Source of the DNA: Amoebidium appalachense
Lineage: Eukaryota; Protista; Ichthyosporea
DNA length: 64,000 nt
Assembly: GCA_963693365.1 (NCBI GenBank)
Contig: CAVNZM010000010.1
Span: 620,001 to 684,000 of the forward strand
Direction of reading: 5' to 3'
In this document: positions 40,370 through 53,914 of the stretch, piece by piece
Numbering within the stretch: position 1 is the stretch's first letter
Layout: the number at the start of each line of letters is the position of its first letter
The notes under the pieces: generated by a model
Seen by the model: only the letters and a program-made list of their open reading frames with translations
What the model was told of the DNA's origin: nothing
Databases searched by the model: none
Translations under genes and position numbers: made by a program

Positions 40370-41045
40370 CCTTTCAGATTTACACAGGCACCTGATGATA
40401 GTAGGAAAAACATCTATTGCCAGAGCGACAGAGGAAAACGAAACCCATTATTAGAGAAAAAAAGGAATGGGAGGAACTCGAGCACAAACTCAGAGAAACA
40501 CAACAACATAGCCCACTGAAATTGAACGTAGGGGGTACCATCTTCGCAACCACAGTGGACTCATGAGGAGGCTGGGAGAGGAGGTCTTATTTTGACTCGT
40601 TGGTTTCGGGGCGGTGGGAGACCAGACTAGGCTCTGACGGTGCCATTTTCATAGACAGGAGCCCCGTCGTGTTTAACTACATACTCGACTATTTGAGAGG
40701 GGAAGAGTTGGAATTTGGACTGATGACACCCATGGAAATTGCGAAATTAGGCAAAGACGCAGAATACTACAAACTATCGAATTTGGCACAGAAGTTGGGT
40801 GCGTGGAGGAGGAAGCATGAGGAATGGAATTGAGAGCGAGCGTGAATAATTGCGGAGTTTCCGCGGCACGACGTTACAAAAATCGCAGGGGGGAACAGTT
40901 GGAATGCGGTTGCGCTGGGGCCGGAATTTGAATTTCCGAGTGCAGAAGGGGGGTTTTTTGAGGTGCAAGTGCGCATCCGCTACATCAAAAACAACTATCT
41001 CATGGTTGGAATTTCGCCGCCAAGCATAATTTCAAATCATTTAGT
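40370..41045 (+). pseudogene. KCTD-type BTB/POZ (T1) domain pseudogene, with possible SPRY-like remnant
   Basis: LKLNVGGTIFATT, then frameshifts, then FDSLVSGRW...GAIFIDRSPVVFNYILDYLRG...DAEYYKL, followed by in-frame stops at 40831 and 40843. Confidence 0.8.
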
Positions 41046-42259
41046 TAGGATACCTGATGGTCACCCTCTTTATGCTTTCTTTCCCCCCCCCCTCCATCCC
41101 TCTTCCCCCCCGATTCACCAAAGCTACTTCTGAATGTCCTCAGCCTACCCTCTTTCAACCTGATTCTTCCTCTCGCTATCTCACGCCCTCTTTCTTTTCT
41201 CTTCCTGTTTTTTCTGCCTTTTCGCGTTATTACCATACACAGTATCATTGAAGTTTCTTTCTCGTTTTGATAGAGGAATCAAAGGTAAAACTCAGTCGGC
41301 ATGTGTTATGTCCCTTAGGCAACACCGTACTGATCATTATCGCTTTTTGGGAGCTTTGGCAGGATATATTTCTCCTGCTGTACGTATGGATACCACCCTA
41401 GTAGATAGGTCTGTATGGTGCTCTGATGTTGATATTGCCTGGGAAGTTGTGCAGTGGCGTTGTAATTCTTGTTTCATCGCCGCTGGTGCCACTTTTGTGC
41501 TGAACTTTTTAATCGCAAGCATGTTGATAGGTGTGAGTTTGTATGTCACGTTTTGCCTCTTTCCCTACGGGTGTCTGCTACACTGGCTGCCAATGTGACC
41601 ACTTTAGACTTTTTGTTGAATTCTGTTGGTCGTCACATTGAATATTTATATGATTAATTTTCACACAGTGTTCAGGTATCTCAGTATGCACTTGTTACTG
41701 GATAACTCGTGAAGTTTTTATTGTCTTCTCAGTATGCCGTGCATACTTGCATATCTTTCCGTCAAATAAATCCAGTCAAAAGAAAAAAAAATTCAAACAC
41801 CAGCACGAGCCCTTATATGAATTGCGGCTGGTATATCCACATTAATACGGGCACTTTATACTCCCAAAACGGAGATGGTAGCAGGTCATAGAGGGACACC
41901 CCTATACTTAACGGATCGGTAATCGGCGTGTGATTACACCACAATCGCACGATTTCATTTTCTGTGGATGGATTTGACCACGGCGCGGCATTTTCTCTCC
42001 CCAATGATGGGAGTGTGTGTGCATGAAGACTGGCCGTTTTGATGTACGAGCCCGGCAGGTCGAATTGCTCGAGAAGTGAGATTATCGTGAGGAGCTGGGA
42101 CAACCACTCAAATGATTGATCTAGGATGTCTACAGATTTGGTGTAATGTTTTCTGACTCGCTTTCTCCTTCGGCTTCGGCGATTTGTTTATTTCATTTTT
42201 AATTTTTAGTTTTAGTTTATGTTATTTCATTAGTTTATTTATTTATTTTTATTTTTCTT

Positions 42260-42305
<46 letters not shown>

Positions 42306-42760
42306 TTGTGGACGGGATTTTGGATTTACAAAACGTTCAGGCTGCTAGTTTGGTAGCTAGTTTAGTGAGTTTAGTATCCGAAAGCAAAGCCCGTTAAAAA
42401 ATTATCAGACAACAGGGTGTTGGTGGCAGTGGTGCACGCGGTAGGCAAGAAGCCGGGGTAAGGGGATGGGCGGGCGGAGCAGGGGAAAGGGGAGTTACAC
42501 AAATTTTCTGTCGTGTTACTAACCAGTACGTACCAGTAATCATTGGGTATATGTGGTCTCGTTTGTGTGTATTCAGCAATTTGATAAACTTTAACGGGAA
42601 TGTATAATAGCCCTATTAAGTTGTTGCCTTCTATATAGGGACTATTGTTCCTCTCCCTTTAGACACTATGTATTCGGAAGCACTTCCAAGGGCGACTGAG
42701 CCAGAAAAATCTTAATATTACAGTTCAACCCCTTCCCCTCCCCCCCCTCCCCTCCTTCCC

Positions 42761-42791
<31 letters not shown>

Positions 42792-43082
42792 AAAAAAAAA
42801 AAAAAGTGAGAGAAAGACTCTGTTTTTTTTCTTGCCCCTTATTTCCCCTGAGCAATATATATCTTCGTTACCACTCGTGGCTGAGCTATCCCCCCCCCCC
42901 CCCCCCCCCCCCCTCCCACCCACCCACTCCACCCCCCCCCCCCCCCCCATGCGCCCCACTCCCCCATCACCCCCTTCTGCTGGATCCGCCCTTTGCAATC
43001 CCTACCCTGCTTTGCAGTAACTCGTCAATTCCATTTCTTTCTCTCTGTCCCCCCTCCCCATCGTCCTTCCGTCCCACCCATA

Positions 43083-43610
43083 GAGGACCCAGCCACATCG
43101 GCAGAGTCAACTTGCTCCGAGCAGAATTATTCTGCAAAAGCGGAACTATTCTGCAAAAAGCAGTTTAATAATTCTGCTTTTTGAATTATTCTGCAAAAGC
43201 AGAATCAGTGAAAAGCAGAATTATTCTGCAAAAGCAGAATCACTCTGCTTTTAGCAGAATCACTCTGCTTTTAGCAGAATTATTCTGCTTTTAGCAGAAT
43301 TATTCTGCTTTTAGCAGAATTATTCCGCTAAAAGCAGAATCATTCTGATTTCAACAGCAGAATAATTCTGTTTTTAGTAGCAGAATAATTCTGCTTTTAG
43401 CAGATTGATTTTGCTTTTAGCAGATTGATTCGGCTGTTTGCAGAGTGATTCAGCTTTTAGCAGATTGATTCTGCTTTTGCAGAATCATTCTGCTTTTCGT
43501 AGAGTGATTCTGCTTTTGCAGAATAATTCTGCTTTTAGCAGAATAATTCTGCTTTTTGCAGAATAATTCTACTTGGATTAAGTTGACTGAGCCCATGTGG
43601 TTGGGTCCTC
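43083..43610. mobile_element. Non-autonomous DNA transposon (Sola2-like) with internal palindromic array, copy 1 (528 bp)
   Basis: TIR gaggacccagccacatcggcagagtcaactt / aagttgactgagcccatgtggttgggtcctc; 4-bp TSD cata; interior of ~20-bp units gcagaattattctgc+tttta. Confidence 0.85.
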
Positions 43611-43696
43611 CATAGGATCCCTTGCCCTTTCCCTTCCTCCCTCCATCTCTGTTTCTCTCTCCCTCCCTTCATCTCTCCCTCCCCCCTCCCCCCCCC

Positions 43697-43789
<93 letters not shown>

Positions 43790-43813
43790 CCTCTCTGTCT
43801 GTCAGAAGCCCCT

Positions 43814-43847
<34 letters not shown>

Positions 43848-44098
43848 CTCCCACCCCCTCTTGCCCGTCGCCGTCCGGGGGTGGAGGGGTTGGAGAAGGT
43901 GGAGTGGGGTGGATACGGATAGAGAGGGGGATGCATTTTGAACAACCCACGATAAGAGTTGAATCTCTTTTACATGTCACGGGTAGAAGTCAAAATATTT
44001 AATTCGCTACAACCATAATTACACGGGCACACCCACAGACTCTGATTCAATATCACTGCTGCGTGTAGAAAAGGACTCGATGGAGAGGGGGGTCGGAT

Positions 44099-44130
<32 letters not shown>

Positions 44131-44169
44131 GGGGGGTGGGGGGGGGGGGGGGGGGGGGAGGGGGGTGCG

Positions 44170-44430
44170 GGCTTTGTGCAGTCGGGCAACCCAATTATAG
44201 ACCATGATCTCAAACAACATCGTGCTGCCATATGGCAACAGCACGGATATATTTCAAGGGCTGCCCAGTTCGATGGAGATTCGACACACAGGTGGGGAGA
44301 AAAAAAGAATTGGACCATGCGATTGTGCGACGCTTTGTGGATCTGAAGACGACTGTGACCAGAAGCTTCAGAGCTCCGCAGTTTAGTGAATGTGAGACCT
44401 TATGTCTTCACTCGTTTGCAGGGTCAGGAA
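44170..44430 (+). ncRNA. Putative structured-RNA family copy G
   Basis: gggcaaccc 44184-92 / gggctgccc 44258-66; cgtgctg 44221-27 / cagcacg 44239-45; gcgattgtgcg 44319-29; ttgcagggtcaggaa 44416-30. Confidence 0.55.
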
Positions 44431-44679
44431 ATATTCAGATTACGGATGTCTGAGCAGTCTTTGATTGATTTGGGTGTTTAGAGATTTGGTTTTCAGAACC
44501 ACTAATCAATAGTTAATTGATTGCTTTTCTTTTTTGTTCCCCTCCCCCTCCCCCCCCCCCCCCCTCTTTTTTTTTGTTTGGGGGCGGTGGGGGGGAAGGG
44601 TCTGGGATCATCGGATGGGGGTTTTGGTTCATACTTTCAGGCTGCTATGGGCATTTGTCTGGGGTGTGTGTGCGTGTGC

Positions 44680-44718
<39 letters not shown>

Positions 44719-44790
44719 CGCGCTTGCGTGCGTGCGTGCGTGTGTGCGTGCGTGTGTGTGTGTGTGTGTGCGCGTGTGTGTCTGTGTGTT

Positions 44791-44826
<36 letters not shown>

Positions 44827-44931
44827 GATCCGTACCAACTTTCTCCACTTGTTTAAAGATTTGATAAGCTCCAGCGAGGAGGTGGAGTAAGCGGTGTAAC
44901 GTCGGCAACATGAGAATATCGTATGTACATG

Positions 44932-44992
<61 letters not shown>

Positions 44993-45133
44993 ACTCACTC
45001 TCTCACTCTATCACTCTCTCACTCTCTCTCTCTCTCTCTTTCTCTCTGTCTCTTCCCCCCCTTCTCTTTCTTTTCTCTCCTCTCCTTCCTCCCCCCTCGC
45101 TATCTCTCCCTCCCTCCCTCCCTCTCCCTCTCT

Positions 45134-45262
<129 letters not shown>

Positions 45263-45639
45263 CCTCCCTCCCTCCCTCCCTCCCTCCCTCCCTCCCTCCC
45301 CCCCCCCCCCCCCCCCCCCTCTCTCCCTGCTCTCTCTCCTCGTTTCTCGCCCTTTCTCCCTCTCTCTCTTTCTCCGCTCCCGCCCCCTCCCCCTCCCCTC
45401 AACCTCCCCACACACACAAACCCACACCCACACACCCATTGCCACCCTGCCTTTAGAAACGAGTTGGGAGCCTCTATACTAGTAGGCGCAGGAGCGCATC
45501 CTCCTTGCATGTACATACTGTACTGGTCAATTGCAACGGGTTTAGCCAGGGACAAACCAGCCAGGACATCGGTAGTTGGGGGATGAAGGGGGGAGGATGG
45601 GGTAGGGGTTGGGTTGGGGTTGGGGGGGGTTGGGGGGGG

Positions 45640-45815
45640 ACTTTAGCGGCTTCTAGAAATGCTCGGTAAGCTGAACAACCCCATAGCTTTATGCAAGGTT
45701 CGATAGCCTATGACATGAGATCTGCAGCAGCTTCAGAATACAAAAAATCGCTGCAGCGACATGTACCCACCCATAGACTCAAAATTTTCAAACTGGTCAT
45801 TGCTGCTTGTGGAAC
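45640..45815 (+). ncRNA. Putative structured-RNA family copy H (degenerate)
   Basis: ctttagcg start, ctgcagc...gctgcag inner helix, tgcttgtgga downstream motif; outer helix weak. Confidence 0.3.
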
Positions 45816-45936
45816 AGAGGCTTCATGGGGAGGAGAGCGGGGGGAAGGGGGGGGGGGGGGGGGGAGGGGGTTAGGGTGGGCGGGGGGTGGGGGTGGGGGA
45901 GGGAGGTGGAAGAGGGGCAGGGAAGGGGGGCATTCT

Positions 45937-46247
45937 TTCTGCAACAGGTTCTTAGGACAACCCTATCACAGACATTGGCTATCGAAGGTCTTGCACCATG
46001 CCAATGGATGTGGATAATGCCATCGTGCTGCCATATGTGGCTGCAGCAACAATTAGTTTCATGGACTGAGGCCCAGTTGGTGATTAATCGAGAACCGGGT
46101 TTTAAATCTGACAGTAACTTTCCTCTTTCTGATTGTGGGAAGTGTTGTGGTTTGACAGAAGGATTGTGTTAGCTTTAGGATTTCGACGACACGGCGGATG
46201 TGGAAATACTGTTGAGATATTGCTTCGCTCGTTTGCAGGGCCTGGAA
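45937..46247 (+). ncRNA. Putative structured-RNA family copy I
   Basis: ttctgcaacag, ggacaaccc, tgctgc...gcagca, tgattgtggg, ctcgtttgcagggcctggaa. Closest to copy G (shared catcgtgctgccatatg). Confidence 0.45.
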
Positions 46248-46780
46248 GGCTCCTTGGATTCATATTAGACCCAGGGTGAAAATGCCATGTGCTTGAACGC
46301 ACAAATCGCACGCGCGCGTGTGTGTACTTGTTTGCAGTATTTGAAAAGAAAGATACCTGGAAGGCGGAAATTGTTTCGACTCTGGCTCCTGCAGTATATC
46401 AGCAAGGCAAAGAATCAGAGCTATGGTGTTACTCGTGCACGGACTGCCTGAAGTGTACATTCAATGATTCCAAAGAACGTATGTCATAAAATCAACCATA
46501 TAAACAAGCAAATAGAGTTAACATAAAAAGAATATATTACTGAAAGTTTATTATATCAATGGCTCTCACTCTGATAATGCGCGGGCGTTGGGGTTCGGAT
46601 ATGTCTAAGACCAGAACCGTTACGGTGTGGAAGTTGGTAAGAATTTAGGAGGAAACCTAAAGAAGTAGTCTCCTAGGTTTTGTACCCGCTTCCTTCCGTA
46701 AGTGGTCGGGCCATACTACGCTGCGGGACAAGGAAGAGGGAGAGGGAGAGGGACGGAGAGAGAGGAGGGAGAGGAAGATG

Positions 46781-47050
46781 GAGAGCCCAATCACATCGTC
46801 AGTCGATTTACAACTTGAGGCAAAATTATTCTGCAAAAGGCAAAATTATTCTACAAAAGCAGACTAATGCTGCAAAAGCAGAATTATTTCGCTTGGAGCA
46901 AGCTTGTTCTGCTGTCAAAGGAGAATAATTCTGCTTTTGCAGGAAAAATTTGCTTTTGCTGAAACATTCTGCTTTTAGCAGAGTAATTCTGCTTTTAGCA
47001 CAATCATTTTCCTCAGAGTAAGTTTAATCTGCCTATGTGGTTGGGGCCTA
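46781..47050. mobile_element. Sola2-like element copy 2 (diverged, 270 bp)
   Basis: gagagcccaatcacatcg ... atgtggttggggcct termini and gcagaattattctgc-type units; TSD no longer recognisable. Confidence 0.7.
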
Positions 47051-47287
47051 GAGAGGGAGAGGGAGAGGGGTGTTCGAGGGTGAGAGAGAGGGCGAGGGGA
47101 GAGAGGGGGGGAAGAGGAACTGTGAGAGATAGGATGAAGGAAGAAAGGAAAAGGACAAGGAAAAAAGAACAGTGAATTTCTTCTGGAAAGGAAAAGATCA
47201 GTTACTATAGGCAAATGTACGGGTAAATGCAGGTTCCAAATTAGTTAAACGGTTTTAAGACAGTTACTGTACAAGCCGGGGGAAGGT

Positions 47288-47343
<56 letters not shown>

Positions 47344-47366
47344 TGGATAACATTGAGATAACGGCG

Positions 47367-47670
47367 GGCTTCTGCAAACCGGGGCGACCTAAACAACAAA
47401 TTTCAATCTGCTTTCAAGCGGTATAGGCCCAGAGCCTTGCAGCCAAAACTGCAGAACGAATGTGGTCGCCAGACAAAGAAAAATACGACGGCAAATACTC
47501 GTAAAATTAATTGCTTGCGATTGTGGGACGCGCAAAAGGTGCAGGTACAGCCTAAGTTCGGATTACTGGTTGTGGACATGTGAACTTATCCTCTATCAGT
47601 CTTGCACCTGTTAACAGACACGATGAACAAATTCTCATGTTGAAGAACCCGTTGCTCTGTGGGACCGGCA
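47367..47670 (+). ncRNA. Putative structured-RNA family copy J
   Basis: ggcgacc 47383-89 / ggtcgcc 47464-70; tgcag 47438-42 / ctgca 47449-53 (both compensatory versus copy L); tgcgattgtggg 47516-27; ctgtgggaccggca 47657-70. Confidence 0.6.
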
Positions 47671-47758
47671 ATCAGAGCTAATCAGTACTCACTGATATGA
47701 TATGTATCTTATTTACATGTACACAACGGTTTTCTTATCGAATAATCAGTCATAGGCA

Positions 47759-47794
<36 letters not shown>

Positions 47795-48028
47795 CCCCCC
47801 AGCACTAGCCCCACAACCTTCTGCCCTTTGGGTTTCTGTTCACTGAGGAGTCTCGCAGCAGATTCATTCAAGTATGGCTACCATCACCTAACAGCACCAC
47901 TACCAAACACATACTAGTGACTGTAACACATACACTGATACACGCATATGCACATGCACACGCGCACGCACGCACACACACACACATACGCACACGCACA
48001 CGCACACCCACCCACCCACCCACCCACC

Positions 48029-48073
<45 letters not shown>

Positions 48074-48076
48074 ACA

Positions 48077-48133
<57 letters not shown>

Positions 48134-48859
48134 CCACCAACCCACACGCACACACACACCATTTGCACAGACATGCATACGTGCGCACACAGCATATGAG
48201 CTGCTTATTGGTCATTGACAGCTTCTCCACAGGCGATGGGGGCCTGCTCACATCGTCAGAATCCGGTCCGTTCTTCTCAGCACAGAGGTACTCTACTTTG
48301 TGCAGAGTTTTTTTTTAACGTAAATATTCTTGAATTACATTCAAACTCTGTGTCTGCATATTCAATCAGTCAAATAATTCTTGAAGTGGCATGATTAAGC
48401 TAAGGGGAATGCGAAATAATCATGCTTAGGCTTTTCAGCAGAGTGTTCTGTTGAAAGAAGAAGATTTGGCTCATCACTGGATGCCTCCGTAGGGATTCCT
48501 GAAAGTGTATATGTGATGCCACGATGGTTCCAAGCCCGGCATTGTTCGCATTACATAAGGTTAATATAGCTGGCACGGCACAAGACAAGAAGTTAACTAA
48601 AGGACAGAGAGAACGGTGGTTGAAATGGAACAGATGAAGCAACTGCAGGAAGGGTGTGTGTGTGTGTGTGTGTACGCGTGCGGCGCGCACGTGTGTGCGT
48701 GTGTGCATGTGTGTGCGTGTGTGTGTGTGCGTGTGTGCGTGTGTGGGAGTAGGGGGGGGGAGGTGGTGGGGGGAGGGGGTGTTCGGATGGGGATAATTAG
48801 AGGAAGAGAGGTTGGTGGGGGAGGGGGAGGGAGAAGGGGGGAAGGTAGGGATGCTTGTG

Positions 48860-49015
48860 TTAGGCTGAAACTAAGGAGCTACCCATTCAATCATCACTCA
48901 TGCGTGTTTATCGAGTATGCTTCGTTGGAGCAGCACGGCTAGTGTGAGGTAGCCCAGAAAAGGAGAGTTTTTTCGCGGATGCTCAAAATATGGACTTCCC
49001 GGCAGTGATAGTGGG
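48860..49015 (+). ncRNA. Putative structured-RNA family copy K
   Basis: gctacc 48878-83 / ggtagc 48948-53 (an A-U pair swapped to U-A); tgct...agca hairpin; gtgatagtggg 49005-15. Confidence 0.5.
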
Positions 49016-49670
49016 TTATGGTATCATTGTTTTGGCCAATGTAATCGCGCAACAGGGACAAAACAGTTCAGACTGTCAGTAATCAATTTTTATACAGCAT
49101 TTTACAAATCTCATGTTGAATCTTTTTCTTGTCCCCCCCCCCCCCCCCTCCCTTACCCCTCCCTGGGCCTTCCCCGGCCCCCCTTCGATCTCATCGCCCC
49201 CAGAAACTTTGAATCATAACCTCTTACTGCCCCCCCCCCCCCCCACCTCCCCCTCCCCCCCTCCCCCCTTCCCTGCCCTGAGCACAATTCATCCCCATCC
49301 CCTCTCTCCCGTTCCCTCCCCTATTTTTTGCATGTCGACTATATATATTATAGTAACACCACTGTTGATGGGTGATTTCGCTGCACGAATGTCTCCCGGC
49401 CTGTGAATCTCGTTCATCTCAGTGAGCTTTACTACATAGGCTGATTTAATTACCAATGATTTATAAAGATTACTGGCCTTTAACTCCCATCACACCACAT
49501 GTGCAACACACATACAGGGGTGTGGACCATGAATAACAGACAAGATGCGATCAGCGCAACATTAGGGGGTGTTTGTTCTTCCCCAAGAACCTAGTGGGAA
49601 CAGGCGCACATATAGGCTGGCCGTGTTGGATGTATGAGCTGAGGGAGCTCTGTTTAGTTGCTTGAAAATT

Positions 49671-49809
49671 GAAAGAAACTAGCTGCTAAATCTAATGTTA
49701 AAGGTTGAGCGCATAAATGCCAGGCCAACTACAGTGTATGAAAGAAACTAGCTGCTAAATCTATTTAATAAAAGGTTGAGCGCATAAATGCCAGGCCAAC
49801 TACAGTGTA
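49671..49809. repeat. Tandem duplication of ~69 bp
   Basis: gaaagaaactagctgctaaatcta...aaaggttgagcgcataaatgccaggccaactacagtgta occurs twice head-to-tail. Confidence 0.9.
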
Positions 49810-49988
49810 CACCGTAAAAGGGTATAGTTGCGGGTTCCCTGATTCAAAGGTATCCACAGTTTCTGATGGTGTTCCTTGCCGCACGTGATATGATGATTGC
49901 GGTTTTGCATTGGAGGCCTACTGGAAAGAGAAGGGGGTGGTGGGTGGGGCGGGGTGGGGGTGGGGGTGGGGGGGAGGGGGGAGGGGGG

Positions 49989-50024
<36 letters not shown>

Positions 50025-50049
50025 TGGATAGGAATAAGAGAAAAGAATG

Positions 50050-50242
50050 ATTCTGCATTATGATGAATGGGCAACCCTTTCTTCAAGTCATTCTTGGCTG
50101 AGGCTAGACATGCTGGCGCACTGCTGCAATCCTGCAGCAACACTATTGGGCCTGGGGGTTGCCCAATGCTGTGAGTTTGACATAGAAATTGTCAAAAAAG
50201 AAAAAAGAAAAGAAAAAAGACTGTCTTGCAGGTGATTGTGGG
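50050..50242 (+). ncRNA. Putative structured-RNA family copy L
   Basis: tgggcaaccc 50068-77 / gggttgccca 50156-65 (10 bp perfect); tgctgca 50122-28 / tgcagca 50133-39; ggtgattgtggg 50231-42. Confidence 0.6.
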
Positions 50243-50493
50243 TACAAATTGAAGTGTATTTTTAGCATCGAAACCTACAGCCACTGCAAGATGAATCAGT
50301 TTTTAGTATTGATCTTCCATAGTGGCCGTGGAACTGCTACTTGGCAATGCGATTTCACTCGGTTGCAGTGTCTGGAAAAGATGATCAGATGAATTGGCAG
50401 TCTGTTACTGTTTGAGTTTCTAACGATGTGCTCTACAGAACCAATCGAGATGCTTATATGATCACGGATAATGCATTCTTTATGTGATCAGAG

Positions 50494-50601
50494 AAGGGCC
50501 CAATCACATCGGCAGAGTCAACTTTTTTGCAGCATAATTCTGCTTCTTGCAGAATAATTCTGCTCGGAGCAAGTTGACTCAGCCGATATGGTTGGGCCCT
50601 C
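50494..50601. mobile_element. Sola2-like element copy 3 (minimal, 108 bp)
   Basis: Same TIRs, only two palindromic units, 4-bp TSD agag (50490-93 / 50602-05). Confidence 0.85.
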
Positions 50602-51427
50602 AGAGAGTGTTTGGGCAGAGATGGTTTCAACATATGACCCTGGCGTGTGGTAAGAACTCGGACCACTGTTGGTTTTTGTGCACGTCCTAGTGAAGTATAT
50701 GCTTTGTGGTGTTTTCAGTAAGTACCAATGAATTAGATTCAATGACTATAGCTTACTTACTGTAGCTTCAAAAGTATACTCCACACATATTATCGGTGTT
50801 TCGGGGGAGGTTGGAGATGGGTTCAACTCACGGAATAACTTTATAGTGGGTTGACTTGGCTCCGTGATGACAGCCCACTTGAGTGTAGAGCAGGGTGTTG
50901 CTTAAATGTCAAAGGCCTTCAGCGTGAGATAGGAATATTTCTCCCCCCCCCCCCCCCCCCCTCCCCCTCCCCCTCCCCTCCACTCCCCCCGCAAAAAAAA
51001 AAAGGATAAACCAAAGTGCTGACTCGAGACAAACTATGCAGCAAGGAGTCTTCCCCCCCCCCCTCCCCCCCCCTCCCCATCCACCCATCCCCCCCACCTC
51101 CACTCCCCCCCCCCCTCCCCACCCCCCCTTTCCTGCTGCAGGGTGTATCCCCCCACCCGCCTCCACCCCCTTCTTCCGCCCTCCCTCCCCCACCAAACCC
51201 GCACGCACACATGCACAGGCACAGGCACAAGCAGGCACGCACACACGCACCAACGTACACACACACACACACAAACACAAAATCAAGAAATAGAGAGGAA
51301 AAAGGAAGCAGAGGGGGAAAAGTTCCGGTGGTTTTGTGATACGATATTATGAAGAGGTGTGGGAGGGATGAAGAGGGGGTAAGGGGAGGAAGGGGGGGGG
51401 ACGGCACCGAAGTGGGTTTTGACTGAT

Positions 51428-51733
51428 AGTCTTTGGCAGAGGTTATAGGCGACCTCCATACAGCCAGCGGGTCCTTTGCAATGCAGACTAACCTGCAATT
51501 AGGACCAACAATGTCGCCCGACAGACTGACATAAAACTTAGTAATATGGAAAGATGTTTTACCTCTTGTGATTGTGGGATGCCTTCAGCATACTGCTACT
51601 CTCAATGTTGCCTTAAGTGATTTCTATTTGTTGAGATGTGTGTGTGTAAAGGGACATGGATATTCAACGTCCTAACAGTCACACGGGAACAAAACCTGAT
51701 GTTGGATAACCTCTTGTTCTGTGGAAGCCGGCA
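51428..51733 (+). ncRNA. Putative structured-RNA family copy M
   Basis: ggcgac 51448-53 / gtcgcc 51513-18; ggtcct..tgcag / ctgca..aggacc inner helix; tgtgattgtggg 51567-78; ctgtggaagccggca 51719-33. Confidence 0.6.
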
Positions 51734-53265
51734 CTTAGGTGGAACGTTCTTGCCATGACGCTAAATTTGAAACACGAGCACTACTGAAAGAACTAAACTT
51801 TTTTTACCTGCTAACCGAGCCAGTATGAATGCAGCAAGGGCTGGCTGGTTTGATGGGTGCGTAGTGAGGTATTTTTGAAGGGGGGGGGAGGGCAGGTGGG
51901 AGGCATAGCCTAAGGGGCAGAGGGGTAGAGAAGGGAGGAGAAGGGGGGGGGGGGGGGGAGGGGACAGGGGGGAGGAGGGGGGGGAGGGGGGGGGATGATG
52001 AATGAGGATACCTGTAGGCAACGAACTCGTCCTGTGTTGAAGAGTATAGTGTTTATTTTTGCAAGTGAAAAATGTCGGGGCTCCAAATCATTTTCTGGCT
52101 TTGTGAAATTTATGAAGGCACACTGCATCTCCCCCAACCTTCCCCCTGTCCCCCTATCATCCCTTATAAACTCCAGGGGGCCCCCGTTCCCTCCAACTAC
52201 ACTCCCCTGCCCCCCTCCCCCCTCCCCCCTCCCCCCTCCCCCCCTCCCCCCCCCTCCCCCCTCCCTCCCTTCTTTTCCTAGGCCTCTTAACACAAACATT
52301 ATTTCCAAATCGTATCATTTAAGCCGAGCCCCCTCACTTACCCCTTCCTCCTCCCCCTCCCTCCCCCCCCCCCCCCCCTCCCCCCCCCCCCCCCGGCCCT
52401 TCCCAACCCTCCCCCTCTCCCCCTCCCCCCCCCCCCCCCCCCCCCCCCCCCACAAACGAAAAAAAAAAGAAAGAAAAAGAAAAAAAGAAAGAAGAAGAAG
52501 AAGAAGACCAACGGGGGGGGGGGGGGGGGGGGGGGGGGAGGGGGGGGGAGAAGAAAAGAGGAACGGAGCAGAAAATAACAGAAAAGTACAGCTTGCATTG
52601 ACTTTTGGGCCAAATAGCCACACGTAGCTGCGCTGTGATATGCCGCATCATTCACTTGAATGCTCAACCGTGATGCGCATATCCAGTAAATGGCAGTGAT
52701 AAAAGTATTCGATTTTATTGGAACCCCCTCCCCCCCCCCTTGCGCATGCCCCCCCCCCCCCCCCCCTTCCCCCCCGGCGCATGCCTCCCCCCCCCTCCCC
52801 CCCCCCCCCCCTCCCCCCTCCCCTCAACCCTCCCTCCAACCTTCTACCCCCTATGGATTGTTGTGTGGGAATTTCATTATCGATCGAATCATCCTTTGCT
52901 ACCCCCGGGCTGTCCGATATGTACCATCATCCAACAACAAGAGCCCCCCCCTCCCCCCCCCCCCCCCCTCCCCCCTCCCCCCCACACAGAAAAAAAAAAA
53001 AAAAAAAAAAGCAAACACATGTGCGCACACACCGGACACGCGTGCGTCACGCGCACACGCACACGCACACGCACACGCACACACACACGCACACACACAC
53101 GCACACGCACATGCACACGCACACGCACACGCACACGCACACGCACACGCACACGCACACGCGCACGCGCACGCACACGCACACGCACACGCACACGCAC
53201 ACACACAGGCACACACACACACAGGCACACACTGACACACACACCCACACACACACCCACACACA

Positions 53266-53303
<38 letters not shown>

Positions 53304-53524
53304 AAAACAAAAAAAAAAACGCATTCCTTGCAGAAACACCTCGTTGTGTGTTTGAAAAGGGAGCGATAATTTGTGGTGGTGGCCAGATCGGGTGGTAGTG
53401 GTGGTGGTAGGAGGGCAGGGGGGGAATAGTGTTCAAAATCACGCACACCCGCTAATTAAGTAAATCAAAATACACCCAAGCGGAAGTGCTCGCGAGAATG
53501 CACGAAGGAAAGGTGTCTGTGACG

Positions 53525-53563
<39 letters not shown>

Positions 53564-53662
53564 CCCTCCTTCTACCCCTTCATCCTCCTTCCCCTCCTCC
53601 CCCCTCCCTTTCCTCCCTCCCTCCCCCATAGACAGTTTTTTTTTCCCTTTCTTTTTTTGCTT

Positions 53663-53693
<31 letters not shown>

Positions 53694-53914
53694 CCTCCTC
53701 CCCTCCCCTCCCCCTCCCTTTCCTCCCTCCCTCCCCCATAGACAGTTTTTTTTTCCCTTTCTTTTTTGCTTTCCCCCCCCCCCCCCCCCCCCTCCCCCCC
53801 CCCCCCCCCCCCCCCTTCTCCCCCCTTGCCAGTGATGGTCGTGGATGGGTGGTGAATCCGGTGGTAACAATATCACCGGGCTGGGCTGCATATCAACAAA
53901 CTTCAAAGACCTTG

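Noticed and set aside
40715-40745. Hammerhead-like ctgatga...gaaa
   Set aside because: Lies within BTB coding remnant and lacks stems I-III.
41250-42110. Complex sequence with short ORFs on both strands
   Set aside because: No recognisable motif or consistent splice pattern; may be decayed gene or TE but cannot be supported.
43083-43610. CRISPR-like array of palindromic repeats
   Set aside because: No unique spacers, only 4-6 nt A/T linkers; enclosed by TIRs and TSDs; eukaryotic context and no cas genes.
44410-44460. SRP helix-8-like CAGG...GGAA...AGCAG in copy G
   Set aside because: Spacing too long and AGCAG is absent from the other copies; no Alu-domain motif seen.
47655-48545. Twister-like strings (gccggtccca on - at ~47660; ggttccaagcccgg at ~48526)
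   Set aside because: Could not find the UAA junction, P1 helix or pseudoknot partners.
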